64,000 bases of DNA, taken from positions 60,361 to 124,360 of the forward strand of contig CAVQQK010000018.1 of the NCBI GenBank assembly GCA_963714925.1, read 5' to 3'. The DNA comes from an uncultured beta proteobacterium (GTDB lineage Bacteria; Pseudomonadota; Gammaproteobacteria; Burkholderiales; SG8-39). The translations under genes and the position numbers were made by a program. The notes beneath the pieces were generated by a model. The model was not told the DNA's origin. It saw only the letters and a list, made by a program, of their open reading frames with translations, and ran no database searches. Shown piece after piece: positions 37,739 to 49,477 of the stretch. Numbering within the stretch: the first letter of the stretch is position 1; every line of letters begins with the position of its first letter.

Positions 37739-39295
37739 ATGAGCGCGATGCGCTACAGCGACCTGCGCGGATTCCTCGCGCAGCTCGAGACGCTCGGCGA
37801 GCTCAAGCGCGTCGGCGCGCCGGTGTCGCCGCGGCTCGAAATGACCGAACTCTGTGACCGCGCACTGCGCGCGGGCGGCCCGGCACTCCTATTCGAGAAT
37901 CCCGTCGGATTCGACATGCCGGTGCTCGGCAATCTGTTCGGGACGGTGCGCAGGATCGCGCTCGCCATGGGACGCGACGCGAACGCGCCACCGGAACCGG
38001 CGCTGCGCGACATCGGGCGGTTGCTCGCCGTGCTGCGCGAGCCTGAGCCGCCGCAGGGACTGCGCGATCTGTGGACGCGGTTGCCGGAGTTTCGCCAGCT
38101 CGCCGGGAAAGTACTCGACATGGCACCCAAGCTGCGCAGCGCTGCGCCATGCCAGGAGATCGTGTGGAAAGGCGCTGACGTCGACCTCGGACGCTTGCCG
38201 ATCCAGACCTGCTGGCCTGGCGATGCCGGCCCGCTCATCACCTGGGGCCTGACGGTCACGCGCGGGCCAAACAAGACGCGCCAGAACCTCGGCATCTACC
38301 GCCAGCAGGTCATTGCGCCGAACAAGGTGATCCTGCGCTGGCTCGCGCAGCGCGGCGGCGCGCTCGACTTTCGCGATCACGCGCTCGCCCATCCTGGCGA
38401 GCCATTTCCCGTTGCGGTCGCCTTGGGCGCCGACCCGGCGACGATCCTCGCGGCGGTCACGCCGGTGCCGGACACCCTGGGCGAGTACCAGTTTGCGGGC
38501 CTGCTGCGCGGCGCGCGCACCGAACTGGTGAAGTGCATGGGCAGCGATCTGCAGGTGCCGGCAGGTGCCGAACTCGTACTCGAAGGCGCGATTCGCCCGC
38601 GTACGGACACGGCGGGCGCGACGGACGTGGTACTCGACGCGCCGCCGCCCGACAGCCCCTTCGAAATGGCGCTCGAAGGACCGTTCGGCGATCACACCGG
38701 CTATTACAACGAGCGCGAGTGGTTCCCGGTCTTGACGATCGACCGCATCACGCTGCGGCGCGACGCGATCTACCACTCGACCTACACCGGCAAGCCGCCC
38801 GACGAACCGGCGATGCTCGGCGTCGCGCTGAACGAGATTTTCGTGCCTTTGCTCACGCGACAGTTTCCGGAAATCGTCGACTTCTACCTGCCGCCCGAAG
38901 GCTGCTCCTACCGGATGGCAGTAATCAGCATGCGCAAGCAGTACGCGGGCCATGCCAAGCGGGTCATGTTCGGCGTGTGGAGCTATCTGCGCCAGTTCAT
39001 GTATACAAAATTCATCATCGTGGTCGACGACGACGTCGACGTGCGCGACTGGAAAGAGGTCGTGTGGGCGATCACGACACGGGTGGATCCGGCACGCGAC
39101 ACGCTGATCGCTGAGCGCACGCCGATCGACTACCTGGATTTTGCGAGCCCGGTTGCGGGTCTCGGTTCGAAAATGGGAATCGACGCGACCCACAAGTGGC
39201 CGGGCGAGACCGCGCGCCAATGGGGTCGGCCGATCGAGATGGATGCGGCAGTCAGGCGTCGCGTCGACGACCTTTGGCGCGCGTTGGGGCTTTAG
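37739..39295 (+). CDS. ubiD: 4-hydroxy-3-polyprenylbenzoate decarboxylase
   Basis: [25 protein letters not shown] is collinear with the E. coli UbiD N-terminus. 518 aa. Confidence 0.9.
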   Translation: MSAMRYSDLRGFLAQLETLGELKRVGAPVSPRLEMTELCDRALRAGGPALLFENPVGFDMPVLGNLFGTVRRIALAMGRDANAPPEPALRDIGRLLAVLREPEPPQGLRDLWTRLPEFRQLAGKVLDMAPKLRSAAPCQEIVWKGADVDLGRLPIQTCWPGDAGPLITWGLTVTRGPNKTRQNLGIYRQQVIAPNKVILRWLAQRGGALDFRDHALAHPGEPFPVAVALGADPATILAAVTPVPDTLGEYQFAGLLRGARTELVKCMGSDLQVPAGAELVLEGAIRPRTDTAGATDVVLDAPPPDSPFEMALEGPFGDHTGYYNEREWFPVLTIDRITLRRDAIYHSTYTGKPPDEPAMLGVALNEIFVPLLTRQFPEIVDFYLPPEGCSYRMAVISMRKQYAGHAKRVMFGVWSYLRQFMYTKFIIVVDDDVDVRDWKEVVWAITTRVDPARDTLIAERTPIDYLDFASPVAGLGSKMGIDATHKWPGETARQWGRPIEMDAAVRRRVDDLWRALGL

Positions 39296-39325
39296 GTCGC
39301 CCGCGCGCGCCCCCGTACTTTACTT

Positions 39326-40801
39326 TTACGATGTCGGGTCGTAGGCCCAGCGCAGCAGCGCTTCCAGCGCCGGACGCACGCGTCCAGCATTCGCGTCGTT
39401 GACGATCATGACCACCACCTGACGCTCGCCCGCGTGATCCAGGACGTAGCCCGCGATCCCGCGCACGCCTGAAAGCGATCCGGTCTTGATGTGCGCCTGC
39501 CCGGCGACGGCGTCGTTCTTCAGGCGCTTGCGCATGGTGCCGTCGACCGCGACCACCGGGAGGGATGCCATGAACTCGGGCATCGTCGCGCTGCGATAGG
39601 CCGCGCGCAGGAGTTGCGCGAGGCTCTTCGCGCTCACGCGCGCGTGGCGCGAAAGTCCCGACCCGTTCTCGATGACGATGCCCGCGGTCTCGATGCCGCG
39701 CACCGCGAGCGCAGCCTGCACCGCGGCGCCCGCCGCATCGACGCGGGCCGGCGGGCCCGAACCGTTTGCGCCGAGCGTCAGAAAGAGTTGGCGCGCCATG
39801 ACGTTGTTCGAATACTTGTTGATATCCCGCACGACGTCGGCGAGCGGCGGCGACTCGTGCGTGTAGACCAGCGTTGCCCCGCTCGGTACGTGGCCGTCGC
39901 GCACCGCCCCCTTCCAGCTGCCGCCGAGTTCTTCCCAAAGCTGGCGAAACAACCCGCCAACATAGTCGGTGTGCGAAAACAGCGCGATATTCCACGTCCG
40001 TTCGCCGCAGCGCACTGGGTAGTTGCCGGAGAACATCGCGCGCAAGGCCCCGCGTGGGGCTGCCGCGCGTGCGAACTCGGTCTTAATCCGTGCCTTCCAG
40101 TCGCCGCAACGGCCGTTCGTGGGGCGCACGCGGTTGACGACTTCCAGTGGATCGGGACGAGGCTCGGCGATCACCTGTACGGCGTCGCTCCCGGGTTGTG
40201 GAACGAAATGGAACCGCACGGCCTTGAAATTGACGAGCAGTGCGTCGGGCCCGACGTTGTAGGCGCGCAGCGGCTCGGCGTCGAACTCGCCCGGGTCGTA
40301 TGCCTTGTGCGTGAAATACGAGCGGTCGAGCACCAGGTCGCCGTCAAGCTGCCGGATGCCGCGCTCACGCACGTTGCGCAGCAGCAGCCAGAACTGCTCC
40401 AGCGTGAGCTTCGGGTCGCCGCTGCCCTTCAGAATCAAGTGACCCGAGAGCGTGTCGGCTTCCCGGGTGCCGGCGGCATAGATCTCGGTTTTCCAGTGGT
40501 AGGCCGGGCCGAGCGTCTCGAGCGCGGCATAGGTTGTCAGCAGTTTGATCAGCGAGGCCGGATTGCGCGGCGCATCGGCATTTAGTGTCAGCGACGGCTC
40601 ACGGGCGGCAAGCGGCTGGACCCAGATCGAAGCCGAGGACGGCGCGACGCCTGCCGCGCGCAGCGCTTGCGCAATCGGCGCAGGCAGATCCGGTTCCGCC
40701 GCGCGCAGGGGCAGGGACGAGAACGCGGCGCAGAGCGCAACGACGAGCCATGGGACGGGGCGCAACACGCCCGACATTCTAGAGAAGGGCGCCGGCGCCA
40801 A
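39326..40801 (-). CDS. dacB: D-alanyl-D-alanine carboxypeptidase/endopeptidase (PBP4 family)
   Basis: Signal peptide and SxxK (PASLIKLLT); ~480 aa, the size and layout of DacB/PBP4. The start may be the Met at 40777. Confidence 0.85.
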   Translation of the reverse strand: MAPAPFSRMSGVLRPVPWLVVALCAAFSSLPLRAAEPDLPAPIAQALRAAGVAPSSASIWVQPLAAREPSLTLNADAPRNPASLIKLLTTYAALETLGPAYHWKTEIYAAGTREADTLSGHLILKGSGDPKLTLEQFWLLLRNVRERGIRQLDGDLVLDRSYFTHKAYDPGEFDAEPLRAYNVGPDALLVNFKAVRFHFVPQPGSDAVQVIAEPRPDPLEVVNRVRPTNGRCGDWKARIKTEFARAAAPRGALRAMFSGNYPVRCGERTWNIALFSHTDYVGGLFRQLWEELGGSWKGAVRDGHVPSGATLVYTHESPPLADVVRDINKYSNNVMARQLFLTLGANGSGPPARVDAAGAAVQAALAVRGIETAGIVIENGSGLSRHARVSAKSLAQLLRAAYRSATMPEFMASLPVVAVDGTMRKRLKNDAVAGQAHIKTGSLSGVRGIAGYVLDHAGERQVVVMIVNDANAGRVRPALEALLRWAYDPTS

Positions 40802-40880
40802 GGCGCGCGGTCAGGGGGTTGTCACCCCGCACGCGAGAGTCCGCACACGGCGCCAGCGGCCCGAGATATCGGGGTACCCC

Positions 40881-40907
40881 CTTGATATCTGCCTGAGTCG
40901 CCCCTAT
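40881..40907 (+). promoter_or_regulatory. Sigma-32-type heat-shock promoter candidate for groESL
   Basis: CTTGATA-N13-CCCCTAT against consensus CTTGAAA-N13/14-CCCCATNT. Confidence 0.45.
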
Positions 40908-40909
40908 CA

Positions 40910-40936
40910 TTAGCACTCGCCGGCATGGAGTGCTAG
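40910..40936. promoter_or_regulatory. CIRCE operator (HrcA binding site)
   Basis: TTAGCACTC-N9-GAGTGCTAG matches the CIRCE consensus TTAGCACTC-N9-GAGTGCTAA at 17/18 positions. Lies 70 bp upstream of groES. Confidence 0.75.
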
Positions 40937-41005
40937 CAAACTGCCACAAGGCGTCCCAATAATCATTAAGATTATGATTTACAACGAGATTTAACGGAGA
41001 TCCCA

Positions 41006-43034
<2,029 letters not shown>

Positions 43035-43056
43035 GTCCGGGCTTCCCGGTACTGCG

Positions 43057-43087
43057 AAAAGGGGCGCTTCGGCGCCCCTTTTCTTTT
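43057..43087 (+). terminator. Rho-independent terminator after groEL
   Basis: AAAAGGGGCGC-TTCG-GCGCCCCTTTTCTTTT. Confidence 0.65.
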
Positions 43088-43157
43088 GGGGCGCCGACGT
43101 TTGCCCTTATAATCCGCGCTCCTTTTCGCGGCGGGAATTGCCCGCCGCGCCCGACAC

Positions 43158-43213
<56 letters not shown>

Positions 43214-43233
<20 letters not shown>

Positions 43234-43687
43234 CGATTTGCGAGCGTCGCGAGCAAAATCTAGCAAGGATGATTCCGCCCTTGGCCACCACGATTTGCGA
43301 GCGTCGCGAGCAAAATCTAGCAAGGATGATTCCGCCCTTGGCCACCACGATTTGCGAGCGTCGCGAGCAAAATCTAGCAAGGATGATTCCGCCCTTGGCC
43401 ACCACGATTTGCGAGCGTCGCGAGCAAAATCTAGCAAGGATGATTCCGCCCTTGGCCACCACGATTTGCGAGCGTCGCGAGCAAAATCGAGCAAGGATGA
43501 TTCCGCCCTTGGCCACCACGATTTGCGAGCGTCGCGGGCAAAATCGAGCAAGGATGATTCCGCCCTTGGCCACCACGATTTGCGAGCGTCGCGAGCAAAA
43601 TCGAGCAAGGATGATTCCGCCCTTGGCCACCACGATTTGCGAGCGTCGCGAGCAAAATCGAGCAGGCGTAATTGCCCTTGGTCGCGA
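43214..43687. repeat. 57-bp tandem array (7 full units, a truncated 8th and a degenerate 9th tRNA-end copy), each unit being the last 20 nt of tRNA-Phe plus a 37-nt spacer
   Basis: GATTCCGCCCTTGGCCACCA recurs at 43214, 43271, 43328, 43385, 43442, 43499, 43556 and 43613. The spacer is CGATTTGCGAGCGTCGCGAGCAAAATC(T/G)AGCAAGGAT. A degenerate copy ATTGCCCTTGGTCGCGA sits at 43671-43687. Confidence 0.95.
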
Positions 43688-43702
43688 ACCCAGATTCGAC
43701 CC

Positions 43703-44119
43703 TCACTCACCGTTCACGGTGACCACGACCTGCCGCGCATGGCCCGCGTGGCGATGCTCCCAGAGATAGACGCCCTGCCAGGTGCCGAGCGCGAGATGGC
43801 CTTCGACCACGGGAATCATCAGCGAATTCGAAGTCAGCACCGAGCGCGCGTGCGCCGCCATGTCGTCCGGCCCTTCGCTGTCGTGCCGGTACGCCGGATC
43901 GCCGTCCGGGGCGAGACGCGACAACAGCGTCTCCAGATCCACGCGCACCGCCGGGTCGGCGTTCTCGCACAGCATCAGCGAGGCACTCGTGTGCTGGAGG
44001 AAAACGCTGCACAGGCCCTGCCGGATTCGGCTTGCGGCAACCACGTGCTCGACCTCGCGGGTCACATCGAGCGTGCTGCGGCCGCGGGTGTTGAAGCAAA
44101 GCGTGCGTTGTTCGATCAT
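43703..44119 (-). CDS. yjbQ: YjbQ-family secondary thiamine-phosphate synthase enzyme (UPF0047)
   Basis: 138 aa; GLCSVFLQHTSASLMLCENADP...GPDDMAAHARS...LGTWQGVYLWEHR is the typical YjbQ pattern. Confidence 0.85.
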   Translation of the reverse strand: MIEQRTLCFNTRGRSTLDVTREVEHVVAASRIRQGLCSVFLQHTSASLMLCENADPAVRVDLETLLSRLAPDGDPAYRHDSEGPDDMAAHARSVLTSNSLMIPVVEGHLALGTWQGVYLWEHRHAGHARQVVVTVNGE

Positions 44120-44125
44120 GCGCCG

Positions 44126-44701
44126 ATGATGATAGCGCGCTGGTTTGCCGCGGTTTGCGTAGCCCTCTGGCTTTCCTCACCGGTTCGGGCCGAAGCGGAA
44201 GAGGCCGGCGTTCTCGTCGAGCTTGCGAAACCCGGTCGCGTACTGATGCTGCGCCATGCGACGGCACCCGGGTTTGGCGACCCGCCCGGATTCAAACTCG
44301 GCGACTGCGCGACGCAGCGCACCCTGGATGCAGTTGGACGCGAACAGGCGCGCCTGCTCGGCGCGCGGCTACGCGCGGCAGGCATCCGCTCGGCGAAGGT
44401 CTATTCGAGCCAGTGGTGCCGCTGCCTGGAGACCGCGCGCCTGCTGGGTCTCGGCGAGGTCAAGCCCTTGCCGGCGCTCAACTCGTTCTTCGACCGGCCG
44501 GACGAGCGGGCGCGAAGCCTGGCCGCGGTCGAAGCGTTCCTCTCCCGCCTGCCGCGCGATGGCGGCCCCGTCGTCCTGGTCACACATCAGGTGACGATCA
44601 GCGCGATCACCGATCGCGGCGTCGGCTCGGGCGGTGGCTACGTGCTGCGCCTGAACGGCACGGGCAAGCCGCCGGTCGTCGCTGCGCTGACGGTCAACTA
44701 G
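44126..44701 (+). CDS. Histidine phosphatase family protein (secreted, SixA/PGAM-like)
   Basis: Signal peptide then the LMLRHATAPG catalytic RHA motif. 191 aa from ATG 44126; upstream of that the long ORF 43199-44701 is a repeat artefact. Confidence 0.75.
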   Translation: MMIARWFAAVCVALWLSSPVRAEAEEAGVLVELAKPGRVLMLRHATAPGFGDPPGFKLGDCATQRTLDAVGREQARLLGARLRAAGIRSAKVYSSQWCRCLETARLLGLGEVKPLPALNSFFDRPDERARSLAAVEAFLSRLPRDGGPVVLVTHQVTISAITDRGVGSGGGYVLRLNGTGKPPVVAALTVN

Positions 44702-44763
44702 ACGCGATCGAGCCGGTGTATCGTGCGTATCGCGGGCGGGTCATTGGGTCCCTGGAGGTGAAC

Positions 44764-45639
44764 ATGTTGCGTCTGATGCGCGCATGCTGTGCGATCTGGT
44801 CCTGCGCCCTGCCGCTTGCGCATGCGCAGCCCGTACTCAAGGCGACGCTGAAAGCGGAACTCGGATCGTATCTTTCGCAGCCGCACGGCAGCGCGTTTTC
44901 TCCCGACGGCACGCGCATTTACGTCACCGACATGGCGTACAGCCTGATGCGCGTGCTCGACGCCGAGTCGCTGCGCCCGATCGATACCTTCGGCCGCGGC
45001 GAGTTGTCGCGCCCGCATGATGCGGCGTTCGACGGGCAGGGCCGACTGCTGGTCGCGGACACGGGCAACAACCGCGTTGCGATCTATGCGGTCGACGGCG
45101 AAAGGCCGCGGCTGGTGGGCGAACTCACCGACCTTTCCAGTCCGGAGGGCGTCGGCGTCGCGCCCGACGGTCGCGTCTACGCGACCAACACGGGGGCGGG
45201 GAGCGTGAGCATTTTCCTCGCTGGACGGCTCGAGCGAACCGTGGGCCAGTACGGCAGCGGCCCAGGCCAGTTCTCGCGCCCGCACGACGTCGAAGTCGGC
45301 CGCGACGGCACGGTCTACGTCGTCGATTCCGGCAACCACCGCGTGCAGGTGTTCGACGCGGAGATGAATCATCGTGCGAGCAGCGGCGCCGATCTTAAAC
45401 TGAACGAGCCGAAGTACCTCGCGTTGGACGGCGACCGGATCTGGCTCGCCGACGAGGACAACCACCGCGTCGTTCAGCTCGATCGTCACCTGAGGGTGAT
45501 TGGCATTCTCGGCGGCGGCCAGCGCGGCCGCTTGGCCACAGAATTTTACAAACCCGAGGCGGTACTCGCGCGTGCGCCGTTTGTCTGGGTGATCGACACG
45601 TACAACGATCGCATCGTGCGATTGCGCATCGCGCCGTGA
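44764..45639 (+). CDS. Secreted NHL-repeat beta-propeller protein
   Basis: Signal peptide and repeated xPHDxAxDxxGxxxVADTGNNRVxxF units (at least 5). Confidence 0.75.
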   Translation: MLRLMRACCAIWSCALPLAHAQPVLKATLKAELGSYLSQPHGSAFSPDGTRIYVTDMAYSLMRVLDAESLRPIDTFGRGELSRPHDAAFDGQGRLLVADTGNNRVAIYAVDGERPRLVGELTDLSSPEGVGVAPDGRVYATNTGAGSVSIFLAGRLERTVGQYGSGPGQFSRPHDVEVGRDGTVYVVDSGNHRVQVFDAEMNHRASSGADLKLNEPKYLALDGDRIWLADEDNHRVVQLDRHLRVIGILGGGQRGRLATEFYKPEAVLARAPFVWVIDTYNDRIVRLRIAP

Positions 45640-45673
45640 CCGTCGCCGCTGCGGTGCGTGAGCGCGAAACGCT

Positions 45674-47437
45674 GTGCTACGCTTCGCGCTCCCTGCATCT
45701 GACCGAATGGCACGCACGTTGCGTTACGGCGACTATCTCGGTGCGATTCGCCTTGAGCAACGTCGCATCAGCTTCAACGCCTTGGCGCGCGTGCTCGGTG
45801 CACGGCCGCAGCGCGCGCGGTTGCGCGCGCTCGATGCGTATCGACTGATCTTTCCCTACGCCGGCTCGCGCATGTCCGAGCAGGCGCGCGCGGTGCTGCC
45901 GATCGCGGCCTTCCTTGCCCTGTTCCAACTCGTGGTCCTGCGCGCGTCGATCAGCGGGGCCGAGGGCATCCTCTACGGCATCGTGGTGACGATCGGTGGG
46001 CTTGCGCTCTTCATGGAAGGCGTGCGCCTCGGGCTGATGCCGTTTGCGGAGACGATCGGCCGTCTGATGCCACAGCGCGTATCGCTGGTGGCGGTTCTCG
46101 GGGTGGCGTTCGTGCTCGGGGTGCTGGCGACGCTCGCCGAGCCGGCGATCGGTGCGCTTCAGGCTGCGGGCAGCCTGACCGATGCGGCGCGCGCGCCCGT
46201 ACTGGCGGCGATGCTGACGCGGCACGCCGACAAGCTCGTCGGTGCGGTGGGGCTCGGCGTCGGCCTTGCCGTGCTGCTCGGCGTTCTGCGCATGATCTAC
46301 GGCTGGCGCCTGAAGGTTTTCATCATTGCGCTGCTGACACCCTGTCTCGGGCTCACGCTGTGGATGGCGGCCGATCCCCGGCTCGCGACTGTGGTCGGGC
46401 TTGCCTGGGACTGCGGCGCGGTGACGACGGGCCCGGTGACGGTGCCGCTCGTGCTCGCGATCGGCGTTGGCGTCGCAAGCGCAGCGGGGGACGAAGACAA
46501 TCCGCTTTCGGGTTTTGGCATCGTCACCCTGGCGTCGCTGTTTCCGGCGCTCACGGTGATGCTGCTCGGCCTGTGGGCGGGCGGATTGCCCGATCAGCCG
46601 GCGGTCGCCGCAGCGGTGCACAGTGCGCCGATCTGGCACGAGCAGACCCCGTTCGCGGAGGGCATTGGCGCATTGCGCGCGATCGTTCCTCTTATCGTGT
46701 TCCTCTGGTTCATCCTGCGCATCTGGCTGAAGGAGCCCTTGCGCGACGCCTCGTCGCTCGTCTACGGTTTCGCGGTCGCGATCCTCGGCATGCTGCTGTT
46801 CAATCTGGGACTGGCCTACGGCCTCAATCCACTCGGCGAGCAAACCGGCGCACTCGTGCCCGGCGCGTTTACGTCGCAAACGAGCGACACGGGGGCCTTC
46901 TACGGCTACTGGGGCGGCATCGCGGTCGCGCTTGGATTCGCCGCAGCGCTCGGGTTTGCGGCGACGATCGCGGAGCCAGCGCTCTCGGCCATGGGGATCA
47001 CGGTCGAGACGCTGACCGAGGGCGCGTTTCCCAAGAAACTGCTCATCCGTACCGTGGCCTTCGGCGTCGCGCTCGGCGTGGCGCTCGGCGTGGCGAAGAT
47101 CGTGTTCGACCTTCCTCTGGTCTGGCTGCTGGTTCCGGGCTACGCGATTGCGCTCACCATGACGCTGTTGTCGACGGAGGAGTACGTGAATCTCGCCTGG
47201 GACAGTGCCGGGGTCACCACAGGCCCGGTGACGGTGCCGCTGGTCCTCGCGCTCGGCCTGGGGCTCGGGCGCAGCGTCGGCGTGGCCGAAGGATTCGGCG
47301 TGCTTGCGATGGCTTCGGTGGGACCGATCGTTTCGGTGTTGGCGGTCGGGCTATGGGTCTCGCTGCGCAAACGCGTGGCGCGCCGTGTGGCCGCAACGAT
47401 GGCCACGCCGGCAGCGACGGAGGCGAGCACCACATGA
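45674..47437 (+). CDS. DUF1538-family polytopic membrane protein (duplicated domain)
   Basis: Two homologous halves, each with WDCGAVTTGPVTVPLVLA(I/L)G-type motifs. The start is uncertain (45674, 45707 or 45872). Confidence 0.75.
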   Translation: MLRFALPASDRMARTLRYGDYLGAIRLEQRRISFNALARVLGARPQRARLRALDAYRLIFPYAGSRMSEQARAVLPIAAFLALFQLVVLRASISGAEGILYGIVVTIGGLALFMEGVRLGLMPFAETIGRLMPQRVSLVAVLGVAFVLGVLATLAEPAIGALQAAGSLTDAARAPVLAAMLTRHADKLVGAVGLGVGLAVLLGVLRMIYGWRLKVFIIALLTPCLGLTLWMAADPRLATVVGLAWDCGAVTTGPVTVPLVLAIGVGVASAAGDEDNPLSGFGIVTLASLFPALTVMLLGLWAGGLPDQPAVAAAVHSAPIWHEQTPFAEGIGALRAIVPLIVFLWFILRIWLKEPLRDASSLVYGFAVAILGMLLFNLGLAYGLNPLGEQTGALVPGAFTSQTSDTGAFYGYWGGIAVALGFAAALGFAATIAEPALSAMGITVETLTEGAFPKKLLIRTVAFGVALGVALGVAKIVFDLPLVWLLVPGYAIALTMTLLSTEEYVNLAWDSAGVTTGPVTVPLVLALGLGLGRSVGVAEGFGVLAMASVGPIVSVLAVGLWVSLRKRVARRVAATMATPAATEASTT

Positions 47438-47796
47438 GCCGGGAACTGGTCGTTCTCACGGATGCGGTACTGATTACCTGCGTGGTGCAGCGCGGCGTCG
47501 CTGACGCCGTGGTGGACGCGGCGCTCGACGCCGGCGTGCAAGGCGCCACCGTGTTCTACGCACGTGGCACGGGCGTGCGGCAGCGCGCGCTCGGCGTCCT
47601 CGGCGTGACCGTGGGCGCCGAGAAGGAGGTCATCCTGTTCATCGTTCCGAGCGAGCAGGCCGAGTTGATCTTCGAGCGTGCCTACCTCGCGGGAAAACTC
47701 GATACCCCGGGCATGGGTCTGATCACCATGTCGGCGGTCGAGAAAATGGCGACTTACGTGCCGCACGAAATCGCCGAGCGCTTCTCGAGCAAGTGA
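47434..47796 (+). CDS. P-II family (nitrogen-regulatory-protein-like) small signalling protein
   Basis: 120 aa, ATGA overlap with the DUF1538 gene, and a beta-alpha-beta pattern (LITCVVQRGVADAVVDAALDAGVQGATVFYARGTG). P-II-like partners are typical next to DUF1538. Confidence 0.7.
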   Translation: MSRELVVLTDAVLITCVVQRGVADAVVDAALDAGVQGATVFYARGTGVRQRALGVLGVTVGAEKEVILFIVPSEQAELIFERAYLAGKLDTPGMGLITMSAVEKMATYVPHEIAERFSSK

Positions 47797-47800
47797 GCCC

Positions 47801-48115
47801 ATGCAGCGTTACAGGACCATTACCTGCATTATTCCAACCGGGCGCGCGCTCGAGCTGCTCGAGCGGCTGCGGACCGAACACGGGGTGACGAGCGCGTATG
47901 CGCACCATGCACGCGACATCGCCGCGCACGCCACGGGCATGGGACGGACCATTGCCGACGAGAGCGAGGTCGTGACGGTGCTCGTGCCCGAACAGGATGC
48001 CGATCGCCTGTTCGAGCGGTTGTACGAGGCGGCGGGGATTGGCCAGCCTGACGGCGGGCTGATCTTCATGGAACGCATGCTCGCCGCGCGCGCGTCGGTT
48101 GCGCCCGAAGCTTGA
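47801..48115 (+). CDS. Second small P-II-like/DUF1538-associated protein
   Basis: 104 aa, 4 nt after the previous gene, with a similar alpha/beta layout (ITCIIPTGRALELLERLRTEHGVTSAY...VVTVLVPEQDADRLF). Confidence 0.5.
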   Translation: MQRYRTITCIIPTGRALELLERLRTEHGVTSAYAHHARDIAAHATGMGRTIADESEVVTVLVPEQDADRLFERLYEAAGIGQPDGGLIFMERMLAARASVAPEA

Positions 48116-48203
48116 TCTGGCGCAAGCGGGTGAGCACCCGTAAACCGCCTATAATCCGAAGGCTTAGCGCGCGGCGGCCTGTCCGCTGCGCCCGCGCCGC
48201 GCC

Positions 48204-49448
48204 ATGAGCCTCTACGCCCTCGGCCTGAATCACCAAACCGCACCGCTCGAGATCCGCGAGCGGGTGGTGTTTCACGTCGAGCGCCTACGCGAGGCGCTCG
48301 CCGACATCACGCGTGGCCGCGCGAACGAGGCGGCGATCCTGTCGACCTGCAACCGCACCGAGCTTTACCTTGCCACCGGGGAGCCGCGCGCGGCCGCGGC
48401 ATGGTTTGCCGAATACCACCGCATGGCGCCGGACGCGCTGTCGCCGTACCTGTACACGCTGCCGAGCGATCGCGCGGTGAGACACGCGTTTCGCGTCGCC
48501 TCAGGGCTCGATTCAATGGTCCTGGGTGAGCCGCAGATCCTGGGCCAGATGAAGGACGCGGTGCGCGAGGCCGAAGCCGCGGGCACGCTGGGCACGGTCT
48601 TGCACAAACTGTTTCAGCGCTCGTTCGCCGTGGCCAAGGAGGTGCGCTCCACTACGAGTATCGGCGCGAACAGCGTGTCGATGGCGGCGGCGACGGTCAA
48701 GCTCGCGGCGCGCATTTTCCCGACGCTGAGCGAGCAAAAGGTGCTGTTCATCGGTGCCGGCGAGATGATCGACCTGTGTGCGACGCATTTCTCGGCGCAA
48801 AGTCCCGCGCTTATCACCGTTGCGAACCGCACGCGCGAGCGCGCGGAATCGCTCGCACATCGTTTCGGCGGACGCGGAATCGAGTTGCGTTCGCTTGCCG
48901 AGCATCTCCACGAGCACGACATCATCGTGTCTTGCACGGCCTCGTCGCTCCCGATCATGGGTAAGGGCCTGGTCGAGCGCGCGCTGCGCGCACGACGGCG
49001 GCGCCCGATATTCATGGTCGATCTCGCGGTGCCGCGTGACATCGAGCCGGAAGTCGGCGAGATGGACGACGTCTTCCTGTATACGGTCGACGATCTGTCG
49101 GACATCGTTTCGGCGAACCTGGACGCGCGCCGCTCCGAAGTCGAGCAGGCCGAAGCCATCATCGAGACCCAGGTCGGTCAGTTCATGCACTGGATGGACG
49201 CACGTGAAGGCGTTCCACTCATCCGGCTGCTGCGCGATCAGGTCGATGCGGCACGGCGCCACGAACTCGAGCGTGCTGCGCGCATGCTGGCGCGCGGCGA
49301 CGACCCGGAAAAGGTGCTGGAAGCCTTCTCCAGGGGCCTCACCAACAAACTGCTCCACGGCTCGACGCAGGCGCTGAACGACGCGCGGGGTGACGAACGC
49401 GGCCGGCTCGCCGAGTTGCTGATTCGGCTGTTCCGCATCCGGACCTAG
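48204..49448 (+). CDS. hemA: Glutamyl-tRNA reductase
   Basis: [21 protein letters not shown]...STCNRTELY...GAGEM is canonical HemA. Confidence 0.95.
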   Translation: MSLYALGLNHQTAPLEIRERVVFHVERLREALADITRGRANEAAILSTCNRTELYLATGEPRAAAAWFAEYHRMAPDALSPYLYTLPSDRAVRHAFRVASGLDSMVLGEPQILGQMKDAVREAEAAGTLGTVLHKLFQRSFAVAKEVRSTTSIGANSVSMAAATVKLAARIFPTLSEQKVLFIGAGEMIDLCATHFSAQSPALITVANRTRERAESLAHRFGGRGIELRSLAEHLHEHDIIVSCTASSLPIMGKGLVERALRARRRRPIFMVDLAVPRDIEPEVGEMDDVFLYTVDDLSDIVSANLDARRSEVEQAEAIIETQVGQFMHWMDAREGVPLIRLLRDQVDAARRHELERAARMLARGDDPEKVLEAFSRGLTNKLLHGSTQALNDARGDERGRLAELLIRLFRIRT

Positions 49449-49477
49449 GCCCGAATGCGGCACTGGGCGCGCGCGCC

